A DNA stretch of 64,000 nucleotides, taken from the NCBI GenBank assembly GCA_050015295.1, contig JBEKBR010000015.1:2262-66261 (forward strand), in the 5' to 3' direction. How positions within the stretch are numbered: position 1 is the first letter of the stretch; each line of letters opens with the position of its first letter. Shown in pieces: positions 27,104 through 36,292 of this stretch. This DNA comes from Candidatus Aquilonibacter sp. Its GTDB lineage: Bacteria > Vulcanimicrobiota > Vulcanimicrobiia > Vulcanimicrobiales > Vulcanimicrobiaceae. The notes beneath the pieces are model-generated. The model had not been told where the DNA came from and did not search any database. It was given only the letters and a program-made list of their open reading frames with translations. Made by a program: the position numbers and the translations under genes.

Positions 27104-28876
27104 ATGAAGATGGCTACGGGGAGCCAGAGGAGCGAAGGGTCAGGTTTGGACGACATCTTTGGACCAGCCTCAAAGAAAGGCGCACGCCCGGTCGAGCGCC
27201 TCGTTCTGCTGCGCTCCTTTCTCAAGCGTCTGGACACCGAGCTCCCCCAAGTAATCGTCGAGGCGCTCGAGGAAGTCGGCCGAATCACCGGCGCTGACGT
27301 CGCGGCGATCTACGAAGTCAAAATCGACGTGTTGCGCTGCGCTTTCTCCACCGATCCCTCGTTGCTCGAGGCACGCATCCCGCTCGGCGACGAACACGAA
27401 GTTCACGAACACGGAACGTCCCTGCTACGCGACGCCGCCGGCGTTGCCGACGCGCTGTGCGCCATGCTCTACGCGGGCGAGCGCGAGTGGGTGCTGCTGC
27501 TCGGCGAACGCAACAGTCGTATCAATCGCGCCGCGTTCGAGAGCGACGTCGAAACGATTCTGGACGTTTTCTCGCAACTGATTCGTCAGCTCGTGCACGG
27601 CGTCGAAGCGCGCACGCTAACCGATCACGTCACCGGGCTTCCAGACCGTTGGGCGACGATGAATCGTCTGAGCGAAACCGTCTCCGCGGCCAAGCGTAAC
27701 AATACGCACGCTGCATTGCTCTTCATCGATCTCAACGGATTCAAGGGCGTCAACGATTCGTTCGGCCACGCGCACGGCGACATGGTGCTCAAGACGATTG
27801 CGGCGACGTTGCGCGAAGCGTTGCGCGCGAACGAATTCGTCGGACGCATCGGCGGCGACGAGTTCGCGGTGATTCTGCCGGTGGTTCGCAGCGCGGAAGA
27901 AGCAACCTCGGCGGCACGGCGGCTGGCCGATGCGGTGCGCGCGCTCGAGATCGTGCACGGCGCCGGCTCGGTCTCGCTTAGCGTCGGCGTCGCCTTCTTT
28001 CCCGAGCACGCTAACGACGTCGAAGAGTGGCTGCATCACGCCGACCTTGCGATGTATCAAGCCAAGCGCCAGCGTGAATCGCACTGCGTCTTCAATCCGG
28101 GCGAGTCGCAAGAAGATTGGGCGCCCCTCGCAATCGAAGTCGAGGAAGCCTACGCGCGCGAGTTTCTGCTGTGTTTCCAGCCGATCTTCGAAGTGGAGTC
28201 AGGCATGGTCGTTGCGGCCGAAGCGCTGTTGCGCTCGCTGCATCCGCAAGATGGCGTGCAATCGGCATTCATTACGATGGAATCCGCACGCGCGCGCCGA
28301 TCGATCGATCATCTCGACGCGTGGGTAACACGGCGAGCGCTTGCATTCGCCAACGAATGGCGGGCGCAAGGTGTGCAGCGAATTCACGTCAACATCGGCC
28401 AAGCCAGCGACGAGATTCTCGGCAACGTTCTGCGCGCGGTCGACAGCACGGGATGCGATACGTCGATGCTGGCACTCGAACTAGAATGGTCGCGCTTTAA
28501 AGAAGATCTCGAAGCCTATAACAATTTAGCCGAGGCGGCTGAGCGATGTGGCCTCTACGTAGGCTTAGACGGCTTTGGCGAAACCGAGCTCGATCTACCG
28601 TTACTCGAGTCGCTTGCGGTGCGCTTCGTCAAGCCGTCGCGCTCGCTGCTCCCGTCGGGCGGTGCACGCGGCAAGAGCATGGAGGCGATCGTCGCGCTTG
28701 CGCGCGTGTTTGGGTGGGACGTCGTCGCCACTCGCGTGGCGACCGCCGACGACCGCGCGGCGATTCGCACGGCGGGCGTAAAATATATGCAGGGGTTTGC
28801 CGTCGCGCAGCCGATGACGGCCATCGACTTCAATCAATGGATCGAAACCAGCCCGCGCATCGCTCTGTCCGTTTAA
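27104..28876 (+). CDS. GAF-like / intact GGDEF / degenerate EAL protein, predicted diguanylate cyclase
   Basis: GRIGGDEFAVIL is intact. EALLRS is present, but LDGFGET replaces DDFGTG, KPS replaces KID, ATRVA replaces EGVE and ELEW replaces E(L/I)TE. Confidence 0.85.
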   Translation: MKMATGSQRSEGSGLDDIFGPASKKGARPVERLVLLRSFLKRLDTELPQVIVEALEEVGRITGADVAAIYEVKIDVLRCAFSTDPSLLEARIPLGDEHEVHEHGTSLLRDAAGVADALCAMLYAGEREWVLLLGERNSRINRAAFESDVETILDVFSQLIRQLVHGVEARTLTDHVTGLPDRWATMNRLSETVSAAKRNNTHAALLFIDLNGFKGVNDSFGHAHGDMVLKTIAATLREALRANEFVGRIGGDEFAVILPVVRSAEEATSAARRLADAVRALEIVHGAGSVSLSVGVAFFPEHANDVEEWLHHADLAMYQAKRQRESHCVFNPGESQEDWAPLAIEVEEAYAREFLLCFQPIFEVESGMVVAAEALLRSLHPQDGVQSAFITMESARARRSIDHLDAWVTRRALAFANEWRAQGVQRIHVNIGQASDEILGNVLRAVDSTGCDTSMLALELEWSRFKEDLEAYNNLAEAAERCGLYVGLDGFGETELDLPLLESLAVRFVKPSRSLLPSGGARGKSMEAIVALARVFGWDVVATRVATADDRAAIRTAGVKYMQGFAVAQPMTAIDFNQWIETSPRIALSV

Positions 28877-29295
28877 TCGCCGTCTGCTTACTTGCCGCGC
28901 GAACCGACGGAGCATGCCGTTGGTGCGGCGATCCGTTGCCGGCTCGACGAAGGACGTGGTGCAGCGATCGTTGCGCCCAGCTGTTCTGGACCAATCACTG
29001 GTGGACGCTCGCGCGGCGCGCCGCAAAGCGGCGCGATCGCTACCGCTGCAAACGCTGCGGCCACAAGCCGCCGCCACGTTCTCACCCAAAGTACAGGCGG
29101 CTACGTAAGACCGACCGGCTCGAAGTCAATCACATTGCGCAAGCACGAGGCACGCACCGTGAGCTGAGCTGCCTCCACCATCTCGACAACCTGGAAACGC
29201 TCTGTCTCAATTGCCATCGCGAGGAGACCGCAGCACAGCGCGGGTATATCGGGCAGTATGCAGACCCTGACTCCCGAGCGCCGCAAGGAGCTTGA
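28837..29295 (+). CDS. HNH endonuclease (small, Cys4 zinc-ribbon type)
   Basis: CRWCGDPLP...WCSDRC...YRCKRCGH...LEVNHI...NLETLCLNCH. No ATG, GTG or TTG exists in frame between the upstream stop (28876) and the first CxxC, so the start must lie inside the upstream gene (ATG at 28837). The stop lies 38 nt inside the transketolase gene. Confidence 0.7.
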   Translation: MDRNQPAHRSVRLIAVCLLAARTDGACRWCGDPLPARRRTWCSDRCAQLFWTNHWWTLARRAAKRRDRYRCKRCGHKPPPRSHPKYRRLRKTDRLEVNHIAQARGTHRELSCLHHLDNLETLCLNCHREETAAQRGYIGQYADPDSRAPQGA

Positions 29296-30115
29296 ACTCA
29301 AGGCCAACGACGTGCGCGAGGGCATCATTCGGTCGTTGCTGGCCGCGTGCTCCGGCCACTCCGCCGGCTCACTCGATATGGCCGACGTCTTCACGGCGCT
29401 CTACGGCTTCATCATGCGCCATAACCCGCAGCAGCCGGACTGGCCCGAACGCGACCGCCTGTTACTTTCGTGCGGGCACATCGCACCGGTGCGCTATTCG
29501 GCGATGGCCAACTTCGGCTACTTTCCGGTCGACGAGTTGCTGACGTTGCGCGAATTCGGCTCGCGTCTGCAAGGACACCCCGAGCGCCTGAAGTTGCCGG
29601 GACTCGAAACCACATCGGGACCGCTGGGCGAAGGGCTGGCGCAGGGCACCGGCATGGCGCTGGGCGCGAAGCTCGATAAAAAGGATTGGCGCGTCTACGT
29701 GGTGACCTCCGATGGCGAACACCAATGCGGTCTCCATTGGGAGGCGATGATGACCGCGGCAAAGTTCAAACTCGACAACCTCACCTGCATTGTCGATCGC
29801 AACGTGATTCAAATCGACGGCAGTACCGAAGACGTCATGCCGCTCGAGCCGTTTGCCGACAAGTACCGGGCTTTCAATTGGGAAGTTTTCGAGTGTGACG
29901 GCAACGACATCGCGGAATTCATCGACGTCGCCGAGCGTGCGAAAAAAGTGAAAGGCAAGCCGCAGGTGATCATCGCCCACACTGTTCCCGGCAAGGGCAT
30001 CAGCTATATGGAAGGCGATTACACCTGGCACGGCAAGCCGCCGAACAAGGAGCAGGCCGACGAGGCGCTGCGCGAGTTGGATGCGACGCGGGAAAGGATT
30101 CTCGCCAATGTCTAG
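29258..30115 (+). CDS. Transketolase, N-terminal (TPP-binding) subunit of a split enzyme
   Basis: SGHSAGSLDMADVFTALY, GHIAPVRYS, GSRLQGHPE, GPLGEGLAQGTGMA and SDGEHQCG. Confidence 0.9.
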   Translation: MQTLTPERRKELELKANDVREGIIRSLLAACSGHSAGSLDMADVFTALYGFIMRHNPQQPDWPERDRLLLSCGHIAPVRYSAMANFGYFPVDELLTLREFGSRLQGHPERLKLPGLETTSGPLGEGLAQGTGMALGAKLDKKDWRVYVVTSDGEHQCGLHWEAMMTAAKFKLDNLTCIVDRNVIQIDGSTEDVMPLEPFADKYRAFNWEVFECDGNDIAEFIDVAERAKKVKGKPQVIIAHTVPGKGISYMEGDYTWHGKPPNKEQADEALRELDATRERILANV

Positions 30116-31124
30116 CACGGGGACGCTGGATCAAGCCGCGCGCTCGATGGCGCTTGTCGATTATCGCAACGCGGGGGAGCTGAAATCGCTGCCGACGCGC
30201 AACGGTTTCGGCGAAGGGTTGATCGAGGCCGGAAACCGGAACAAAGACGTGCTCGCAATTTGCGCCGATCTTGCCGAGTCAACGCGCATGGAAGGCTTTA
30301 AGAAAGCACATCCCGCGCAGTATATCGAGATCGGCGTTGCCGAGCAGATGCTCGTCGCGATGGCCGGCGGTCTCGCCGCAGTCGGAAAGGTTCCGTGGAT
30401 TGCCTCGTACGCGATGTTCAATCCCGGCCGTTCGTGGGAGCAAGTTCGCACGATCATGGCGCTCAATGAAACCAACGTCAAGATCGCAGGTGCGCATGCC
30501 GGCGTCTCGGTCGGGCCTGACGGCGCCACGCATCAAGCGATCGAAGATATCGCGATCATGCGCGTGATTCCGCATATGACCGTGGTCGTGCCGTGCGACT
30601 CCGTCCAGACGAAGCAGGCGACGCTCGCGCTTTCCGAACGACTCGGTCCCGTCTACTTGCGTTTCGCGCGTGAGAAGTCGCCGATCGTTACCACCGAGGC
30701 GACGCCGTTTGAGGTCGGCAAAGCGCAGACGTTCCGCGAGGGCAAGGACGTCGCGATCGTCGCGTGCGGGATCCTGGTGTATAACGCGCTGGTCGCGGCT
30801 GAGGAACTTGCGCGCGAAGACGGCATCGATGCGCGCGTGATCAACAACCACACGATAAAGCCGCTGGACGAGGCGGCGATGGTCGAGGCGGCTCGTGCCT
30901 GCGGCGCGGTCGTCACCGTCGAAGAACACCAAGTCCACGGCGGCATGGGGTCGGCCGTGGCCGAAACGCTGGCAGCCAAGGCGCCGGTCCCGATCGAGTT
31001 CATCGGCGTGCACGACCAATTCGGACAGTCGGGCGATCCCGCCGAACTGATCGAGTATTACGGCATGGGGACGTCAGCGATCAAGGCGGCGGCGCGACGC
31101 GCCTACGCCCGCAAGCGGGAATAA
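30108..31124 (+). CDS. Transketolase, C-terminal (pyrimidine-binding) subunit
   Basis: TRNGFGEGL, YIEIGVAEQMLV and GATHQAIEDIAIMRVIPHMTVVVPCD. 8-nt overlap with the N-terminal subunit gene. Confidence 0.9.
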   Translation: MSSTGTLDQAARSMALVDYRNAGELKSLPTRNGFGEGLIEAGNRNKDVLAICADLAESTRMEGFKKAHPAQYIEIGVAEQMLVAMAGGLAAVGKVPWIASYAMFNPGRSWEQVRTIMALNETNVKIAGAHAGVSVGPDGATHQAIEDIAIMRVIPHMTVVVPCDSVQTKQATLALSERLGPVYLRFAREKSPIVTTEATPFEVGKAQTFREGKDVAIVACGILVYNALVAAEELAREDGIDARVINNHTIKPLDEAAMVEAARACGAVVTVEEHQVHGGMGSAVAETLAAKAPVPIEFIGVHDQFGQSGDPAELIEYYGMGTSAIKAAARRAYARKRE

Positions 31125-31177
31125 GCGCTCGGACGTTTAGTTGCCGTTGGAGCCTGGGTAGACACCAACTCTAGGTC

Positions 31178-33805
31178 ATGACTTCCGGTGCGATGGGCGA
31201 GTTCGAAGCCTCCGCGCTGCGCACGTTCGCGCAACGTGCCGGGCGTGCTGTGCTCATTGCTGACGCTGCGGGCGTGTGCTCCTACGCCAATCCCGCGTGG
31301 ACCGCATTTACCGGCCTCGATCTCGAGCATTCCCTCGGGAACGGCTGGCAGCTTGCCGTACACCCGCACGACCTGCCCCAGGCGCTGGACGAATTTTCAG
31401 CGGCGTCGCGAGGTACGGATCCTTTCGAAATTCGCCTGCGATTGCGTTCCGGGCACGATTCCTATGCCGTGTTTTCCGCGAGCTTCGTGCCGATCCGGGA
31501 CAGCAACGGGCGTTTGCACGAGTGGCTCGCGATTTGCGACCGGAACGACCTCGATCGAATCGGCGACGATCGGTTCTGGAATCTTGCCGATGCGCTGCCC
31601 ATCATGGTGTGGACCACCGACAGCGAGGACCGGCTGACGTTCGTGAACCGGGCCTGGACAAAGTACACCGGACTCTCGTCGGGATCGACGATCGAGGAGC
31701 GCAACGCGCTCGTCCATCCGCTCGACTTGCCGGTGTTGATGCGCGCGCTGCGCAGCGGCCGTGCGGAAACCGACTTCCGGCTCCGCCGCCGCTCGGATGG
31801 AATGTACCGCTGGCATTTGTTGCGATGGGTGCACCTTGGTTCGAACGCGCCGTTCCATCGCATCGGCACGGCGATGGACGTCCACGATCAGCGCACGGCG
31901 CATGAGATGCGCGATCGACAAATGCGCACGATCGCCGAATCTTTGTCCGAGCTGGTGTGGTCGACCGACGCGGGCGGAGAACACGACTACGCGAACGACG
32001 CGATGCTCAAGTACGCCGGACGCTCGTTCGCGGAGTTGACCGGTGCACGAGCCTGGGAAATGCTGGTCCATCCGGCGGACTGGCCGTCCACGCGCGAGCG
32101 GTGGCAACGCGCGATTGCCGCCGGCGTGCCTTACGAAGTGGAGCATCGATTGATCGCCGCCGACGGGCGTGCTCGCTGGTTCCTCACCCGCGCCGCGCCG
32201 ATGCACGACGAGGCTGGTGAGATCGTGCGTTGGTTTGGTACCAGTACCGATATCGACGATCAAAAGCGCATGTCGCAAGAGCAAGCCTACTTGGCTGAAC
32301 TGGGCCGCATCGCCAACAGCTCGCTCGAACTCGATCCGACGCTGCGACACATTTGTGAGGCCGCGATTCCCGCGCTTGCCGATTCGTGCCAAGTCGACCT
32401 GATCATGAACGGCGTTCCACGTACCGCCGCGTTTGCGCATTCCGGTGAGCGGCACGAGGTACCGGCATCGCGCATTCGCGCGCACATTTATGTGCAGGCG
32501 CGCGCGGCGCGATTCGTCGAGAACGTGAACGAAACGGTGCTCGAGACGATCGTGGTGCCGATGCACGTGCGTGGTAAATCGATCGGCGCAATTTCGTTTG
32601 TGCGACCGGGCGACTCCGACGCCTACGGCGCGGCCGGCGTCGCGTTTCTCGAAGAGGTCGCTCGGCGTTGCGCGCTCGCGATTCAGAACGCGCAGCTCTA
32701 TCAGCGCGAGCACCGCGTCGCCGATGCGCTTCAAGCCGCGTCGTTACCGCGACGATTGCCGCTGATCGACGGCATCGCACTGGATGCGGTGTATGTACCC
32801 GGCGGGAGTGAAGCGCAGATCGGCGGCGACTGGTACGATGCGTTTGCGCTCGCCGACGGCCGCGTCGTCGTGTCGATCGGTGACGTTGCGGGGAGCGGGC
32901 TCGAGGCCGCGGTGACGATGAGCAGCATGCGCCAGATCATTCGCGGTATCGCGCAGGTGCACGCCGATCCCGTCTTGATGCTGAACTCCGCCGATCGCGC
33001 GCTGCGCATGGATGATCCGGATCGCTTTGTCACGGCCTTCGTCGGCGTGATCGACCCGATTGCGAGCACGATGGTCTACGCCAGCGCCGGGCATCCGCCA
33101 CCGTACATTCGGCGCACCGACGGAAGCCTGGACGAACTCGTTTTTGTCGACCTTCCGCTCGGTTTGCGCGATCGCGTCTCGATTCGTCCTTGCAGCGTGA
33201 GCGTCGGCGACGGTGATTTGCTCGTCTTTTATACCGACGGCTTGATCGAGTCGCTGCGCGATCTCGAGGGCGGCCTGCGATTGCTGCGCTCCACGCTGGC
33301 GGATGCACAGATCGACGCGGTCGACCATCCTGCTGCGTTCATTCGGCAACGGATGCTCGCCGATGGGGCGCGTGACGACGTCGCGATTCTGACCCTACGC
33401 ATGCATCGCGATCAACGCGTTGGCAACATGCGGCGCTGGACGTTCGCGAGTCTCGATGCCGACGGACTTTCGCGCATGCGACGCGAGTTTCGCGCCTTGC
33501 TCATCGGCTACGGCCTCTCGGAACTGCGTTTGGAAACCGCCGAGCTCGTGGTGGGCGAACTGGCCGGCAACATCGTGCGTCATGCCCCGGGCGCCGTCGA
33601 GTTCGTGCTCGACAATACCGGCGGCGATCTCGTCTTGCACGTCATCGACGAAGGCCCGGGCTTCGAACGTGCGCCGATGCTGCCGATCGACGTGATGAGC
33701 GAATCCGGCCGCGGGCTCTTTATCGTTTCCGAACTGACGCGCGAGTTCAGCGTAACAAAACGGCACCCGCGTGGAAGTCACGCGCGTGCCGTCTTGATGA
33801 AATAA
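31178..33805 (+). CDS. Multi-PAS / GAF / PP2C (SpoIIE) phosphatase / RsbW-like HATPase fusion protein
   Basis: Three PAS units (e.g. LTFVNRAWTKYTGL), then GAF, then PP2C motifs GGDWYDAF, DVAGSGLEAAVTMS and FYTDGLIE. The C-terminus (ELAGNIVRHAP...HVIDEGPGF...GRGLFIV) is a serine-kinase/anti-sigma type ATPase. Confidence 0.85.
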   Translation: MTSGAMGEFEASALRTFAQRAGRAVLIADAAGVCSYANPAWTAFTGLDLEHSLGNGWQLAVHPHDLPQALDEFSAASRGTDPFEIRLRLRSGHDSYAVFSASFVPIRDSNGRLHEWLAICDRNDLDRIGDDRFWNLADALPIMVWTTDSEDRLTFVNRAWTKYTGLSSGSTIEERNALVHPLDLPVLMRALRSGRAETDFRLRRRSDGMYRWHLLRWVHLGSNAPFHRIGTAMDVHDQRTAHEMRDRQMRTIAESLSELVWSTDAGGEHDYANDAMLKYAGRSFAELTGARAWEMLVHPADWPSTRERWQRAIAAGVPYEVEHRLIAADGRARWFLTRAAPMHDEAGEIVRWFGTSTDIDDQKRMSQEQAYLAELGRIANSSLELDPTLRHICEAAIPALADSCQVDLIMNGVPRTAAFAHSGERHEVPASRIRAHIYVQARAARFVENVNETVLETIVVPMHVRGKSIGAISFVRPGDSDAYGAAGVAFLEEVARRCALAIQNAQLYQREHRVADALQAASLPRRLPLIDGIALDAVYVPGGSEAQIGGDWYDAFALADGRVVVSIGDVAGSGLEAAVTMSSMRQIIRGIAQVHADPVLMLNSADRALRMDDPDRFVTAFVGVIDPIASTMVYASAGHPPPYIRRTDGSLDELVFVDLPLGLRDRVSIRPCSVSVGDGDLLVFYTDGLIESLRDLEGGLRLLRSTLADAQIDAVDHPAAFIRQRMLADGARDDVAILTLRMHRDQRVGNMRRWTFASLDADGLSRMRREFRALLIGYGLSELRLETAELVVGELAGNIVRHAPGAVEFVLDNTGGDLVLHVIDEGPGFERAPMLPIDVMSESGRGLFIVSELTREFSVTKRHPRGSHARAVLMK

Positions 33806-33816
33806 CCGGCGAAGGT

Positions 33817-34086
33817 TTAGCGGCGCAACCCGAGATCGCCGATGAGCGCGCGGTAGCGCTCGAGATCCTTTTTCTGGAGATAGCTCAACAGACGGCGCCG
33901 TTGACCGACCTGCAAGAGCAGACCGCGGCGGCTGTGGTGGTCCTTCTTGTGGACCTTGAGATGGTCGGTGAGCTGATTGATCGACGCGGTGAGGATCGCG
34001 ATCTGCACTTCGGCCGAACCGGTATCGTTCGATCCGCGGCCGTATTTGGCGGCGATCTCCGCTTTCTGTTCTTTGGTGAGAGGCAC
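33817..34086 (-). CDS. rpsO: 30S ribosomal protein S15
   Basis: (M)[91 protein letters not shown] start with a GGAG RBS. Confidence 0.95.
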   Translation of the reverse strand: MPLTKEQKAEIAAKYGRGSNDTGSAEVQIAILTASINQLTDHLKVHKKDHHSRRGLLLQVGQRRRLLSYLQKKDLERYRALIGDLGLRR

Positions 34087-34178
34087 GAAAGGTAGCTCCT
34101 TAGAGTCAGGATGGTCTCGCTCGGGTACAGGGCTCGCGGCTTGCCTAGCGGCTGCGGCTCCGTCCCGGCGACCGGCGT

Positions 34179-34207
34179 AGCATAGCAAAGACCCCCGGGT
34201 ACCGCAA
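34179..34207 (-). promoter_or_regulatory. Candidate rpsO promoter
   Basis: Minus strand TTGCGG (34207-34202), a 17-nt spacer, then TATGCT (34184-34179). This would give a GC-rich leader of about 85 nt before the rpsO GTG. Confidence 0.35.
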
Positions 34208-34218
34208 GTCTTAAGGCG

Positions 34219-34626
34219 CTAGCCTCGGACCGGCGTCGGCTTCCCATCCTCGTCGATCGCCACGAACGTGAAGGTGCCGGCGGTCGAGAGCCGCCGCTGG
34301 CCGCTGGCCGGCTCCTCGGCCCAAAGCTCGACCGAGACCCCCAGCGAGGTCCGGCCGACCCGGACGATCCGGGCCACGACCTCGACGAATTCGCCGATCC
34401 GGATCGGCTCCTTGAAATCGAGCCGGTCGATCGAGGCAGTCACCACGGCCTTGCGGCACGCGCGCATCGCGGCAATGGCGCCGACCTCGTCCATCATGGC
34501 GACGGCCTTGCCACCGAAAAGGGTGCCATGCGTGTTGGCATCTTGTGGGAAAACAAGCTCGGTGCGACGTTCGACGATCGCTTCCATAGGATCCATATCG
34601 CGCAAGAGTTTTTGCTCGCCTCGCAC
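34219..34626 (-). CDS. Acyl-CoA thioesterase (hotdog fold)
   Basis: VFPQDANTHGTLFGGKAVAMMDEVGAIAA...ASIDRLDFKEPIRIGEFVEV...VGRTSLGVSVELW. Confidence 0.75.
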   Translation of the reverse strand: MRGEQKLLRDMDPMEAIVERRTELVFPQDANTHGTLFGGKAVAMMDEVGAIAAMRACRKAVVTASIDRLDFKEPIRIGEFVEVVARIVRVGRTSLGVSVELWAEEPASGQRRLSTAGTFTFVAIDEDGKPTPVRG

Positions 34627-34659
34627 AACCCCGCTACAATTCTCACTAGGAGGGCATCG

Positions 34660-35427
34660 GTGGACTTAGGCATTCGCGGGCGCGTGGCGCTCGTTACCGG
34701 CGCAAGCGCGGGCATCGGCGAAGCGATCGCGCTCTCACTCGCAGCTGAAGGCGTATCGCTTGCGGTCGCGGCGCGACGCAAAGACAAACTCGAGTCGGTT
34801 GCACAGCGCGCGAAAGAGGCCGGCGCGACCGATGCGCGCGCCTTCGAGGTAGACCTCACCGATTCGAAGTCGATCGGTAAACTGCTCGCCGCAGTGAGCG
34901 ATGCGTACGGCTCGATCGGCATCCTCGTGCTCAACGGCGGCGGTCCCAAGCCAGGCACCTACAGCAAGATTACGCTGGACGATTGGGACGCGGGTTACCG
35001 CAGCGTGTTGCGCAGCATGATCGAGCTGACGAACGGCGTGCTGCCGGGCATGGCGGCGGAACAGTGGGGGCGCATCGTCGCGCTCACGTCGAGTTCCGTC
35101 AAACAGCCGATTCCGAATTTGACACTCTCGAATGCATTCCGTACTGCGCTCGTCTCGTCGCTCAAGACCTTGTCGCTCGAAGTTGCCAAAGACGGTATCA
35201 CGGTCAATTCGATCGCGACCGGCCGGGTCGATACCGATCGCCTGCGGCAGCTCTATCCGGGCGAAGGTGCGATGCAGACCGCTGCTGCCGCCGACGTCCC
35301 GATCGGACGTGTCGCAACACCGCAAGAGTTTGCACCGATGGTGACGTTCTTGTGCAGCGAAGCCGCGCGTTATGTCACCGGTCAGACGATCGCAATCGAT
35401 GGCGGTTTGATCAAGGGCTTGTTCTAG
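34660..35427 (+). CDS. SDR family oxidoreductase (3-oxoacyl-ACP reductase-like)
   Basis: GTG preceded by TAGGAGGG. ALVTGASAGIGEAIA, LNGGG and the C-terminal YVTGQTIAIDGG. The longer track ORF from 34528 is an upstream extension. Confidence 0.85.
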   Translation: MDLGIRGRVALVTGASAGIGEAIALSLAAEGVSLAVAARRKDKLESVAQRAKEAGATDARAFEVDLTDSKSIGKLLAAVSDAYGSIGILVLNGGGPKPGTYSKITLDDWDAGYRSVLRSMIELTNGVLPGMAAEQWGRIVALTSSSVKQPIPNLTLSNAFRTALVSSLKTLSLEVAKDGITVNSIATGRVDTDRLRQLYPGEGAMQTAAAADVPIGRVATPQEFAPMVTFLCSEAARYVTGQTIAIDGGLIKGLF

Positions 35428-35441
35428 CCGCGATCCTATCA

Positions 35442-35759
35442 GTGGAATTTATTCGCGTCGCCGAGGTTGCGGCGGTCCCGCCGGGGAGTTCGCGCGTCGT
35501 CACCGTTGGACGCTATGACGTTGCGTTGTTCAATGTGGGCGGTGTATTTTACGCGCTCGAAAATGCGTGTCCCCATCAGGGTGGCCCGATGGTCGACGGC
35601 TGGGTGATGGGCCACACCGTCTCGTGCCCGTGGCACGCGTGGTGCTTCGATATGCGCACCGGCCGGATGACGCTAGGTGATTTTGCGGTCATTCCGTGCT
35701 TTGACGTGCGGGTGGAGCAGGACGGCGTCTATCTTTCCACGGAGCCGGTGGCGCGATGA
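35442..35759 (+). CDS. Rieske [2Fe-2S] protein, NirD-like small subunit type
   Basis: 105 aa with CPHQGGPM...CPWHAWCFD (CxH...CxxH). GTG start at 35442. Confidence 0.8.
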   Translation: MEFIRVAEVAAVPPGSSRVVTVGRYDVALFNVGGVFYALENACPHQGGPMVDGWVMGHTVSCPWHAWCFDMRTGRMTLGDFAVIPCFDVRVEQDGVYLSTEPVAR

Positions 35760-36265
35760 TCAATGCGGATGAACCGGCCTGGGATGGCCGCGTCGGGACG
35801 GCCGGCGGCCCGGCCTTTGGTCGCGGGCTCGCGGCACTCGCTGCGGAGCGCGAGGTCAGTCATGGCCGGCTGGCCGAGGCGATCGGTTTGCCCCTGGAAC
35901 GGCTTGCGGCCGTCCTTGCCGGCAGCGAACGCGTCGGCGTTTCGGCGCTCGCGCGCCTAGCACAGGCGCTGCGAACGCGTCCGATCGAGTTCTTGCAGCG
36001 CGCCGGCATCCTCTCGCTCGAGGTCTACGCGTTTGGGCTCGATCCGCTGTACTTTTTGCCGGACGGCCAGATCCGCTACGACGCACGGATCTACATGCGG
36101 GAGATCAATCCGCGCCACCGGGTCCCCGAGGGGGACATGACCAAACGCAATCCGGCACTTGCGGCGGTGACCGCGGACGAGCTGCTCGACGCGCTCGGCA
36201 AAATAGAGGTAGAGCTTGCTTACCTCCTTCGAGCAGCCGTGCAACAAACGGGTGGGACACTCTAG
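35756..36265 (+). CDS. XRE-type helix-turn-helix protein with uncharacterised C-terminal domain
   Basis: FGRGLAALAAEREVSHGRLAEAIGLPLERLAAVLAGSERVGVSALARLAQAL fits a Cro/C1 HTH. ATGA overlap with the Rieske gene. Confidence 0.6.
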   Translation: MINADEPAWDGRVGTAGGPAFGRGLAALAAEREVSHGRLAEAIGLPLERLAAVLAGSERVGVSALARLAQALRTRPIEFLQRAGILSLEVYAFGLDPLYFLPDGQIRYDARIYMREINPRHRVPEGDMTKRNPALAAVTADELLDALGKIEVELAYLLRAAVQQTGGTL

Positions 36266-36292
36266 CGGACGGAGCGAAAGACGGCCCCCACG

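Noticed and set aside
28837-29295. HNH gene as part of a mobile element or homing-endonuclease island.
   Set aside because: There are no flanking direct or inverted repeats, no intein or intron context, and no partner mobility genes. Only the unusual double overlap is reported.
31397-32734. 445-aa minus-strand ORF inside the PAS-GAF-PP2C gene.
   Set aside because: It is a shadow ORF opposite a gene with multiple recognisable domains, and it has no motifs of its own.
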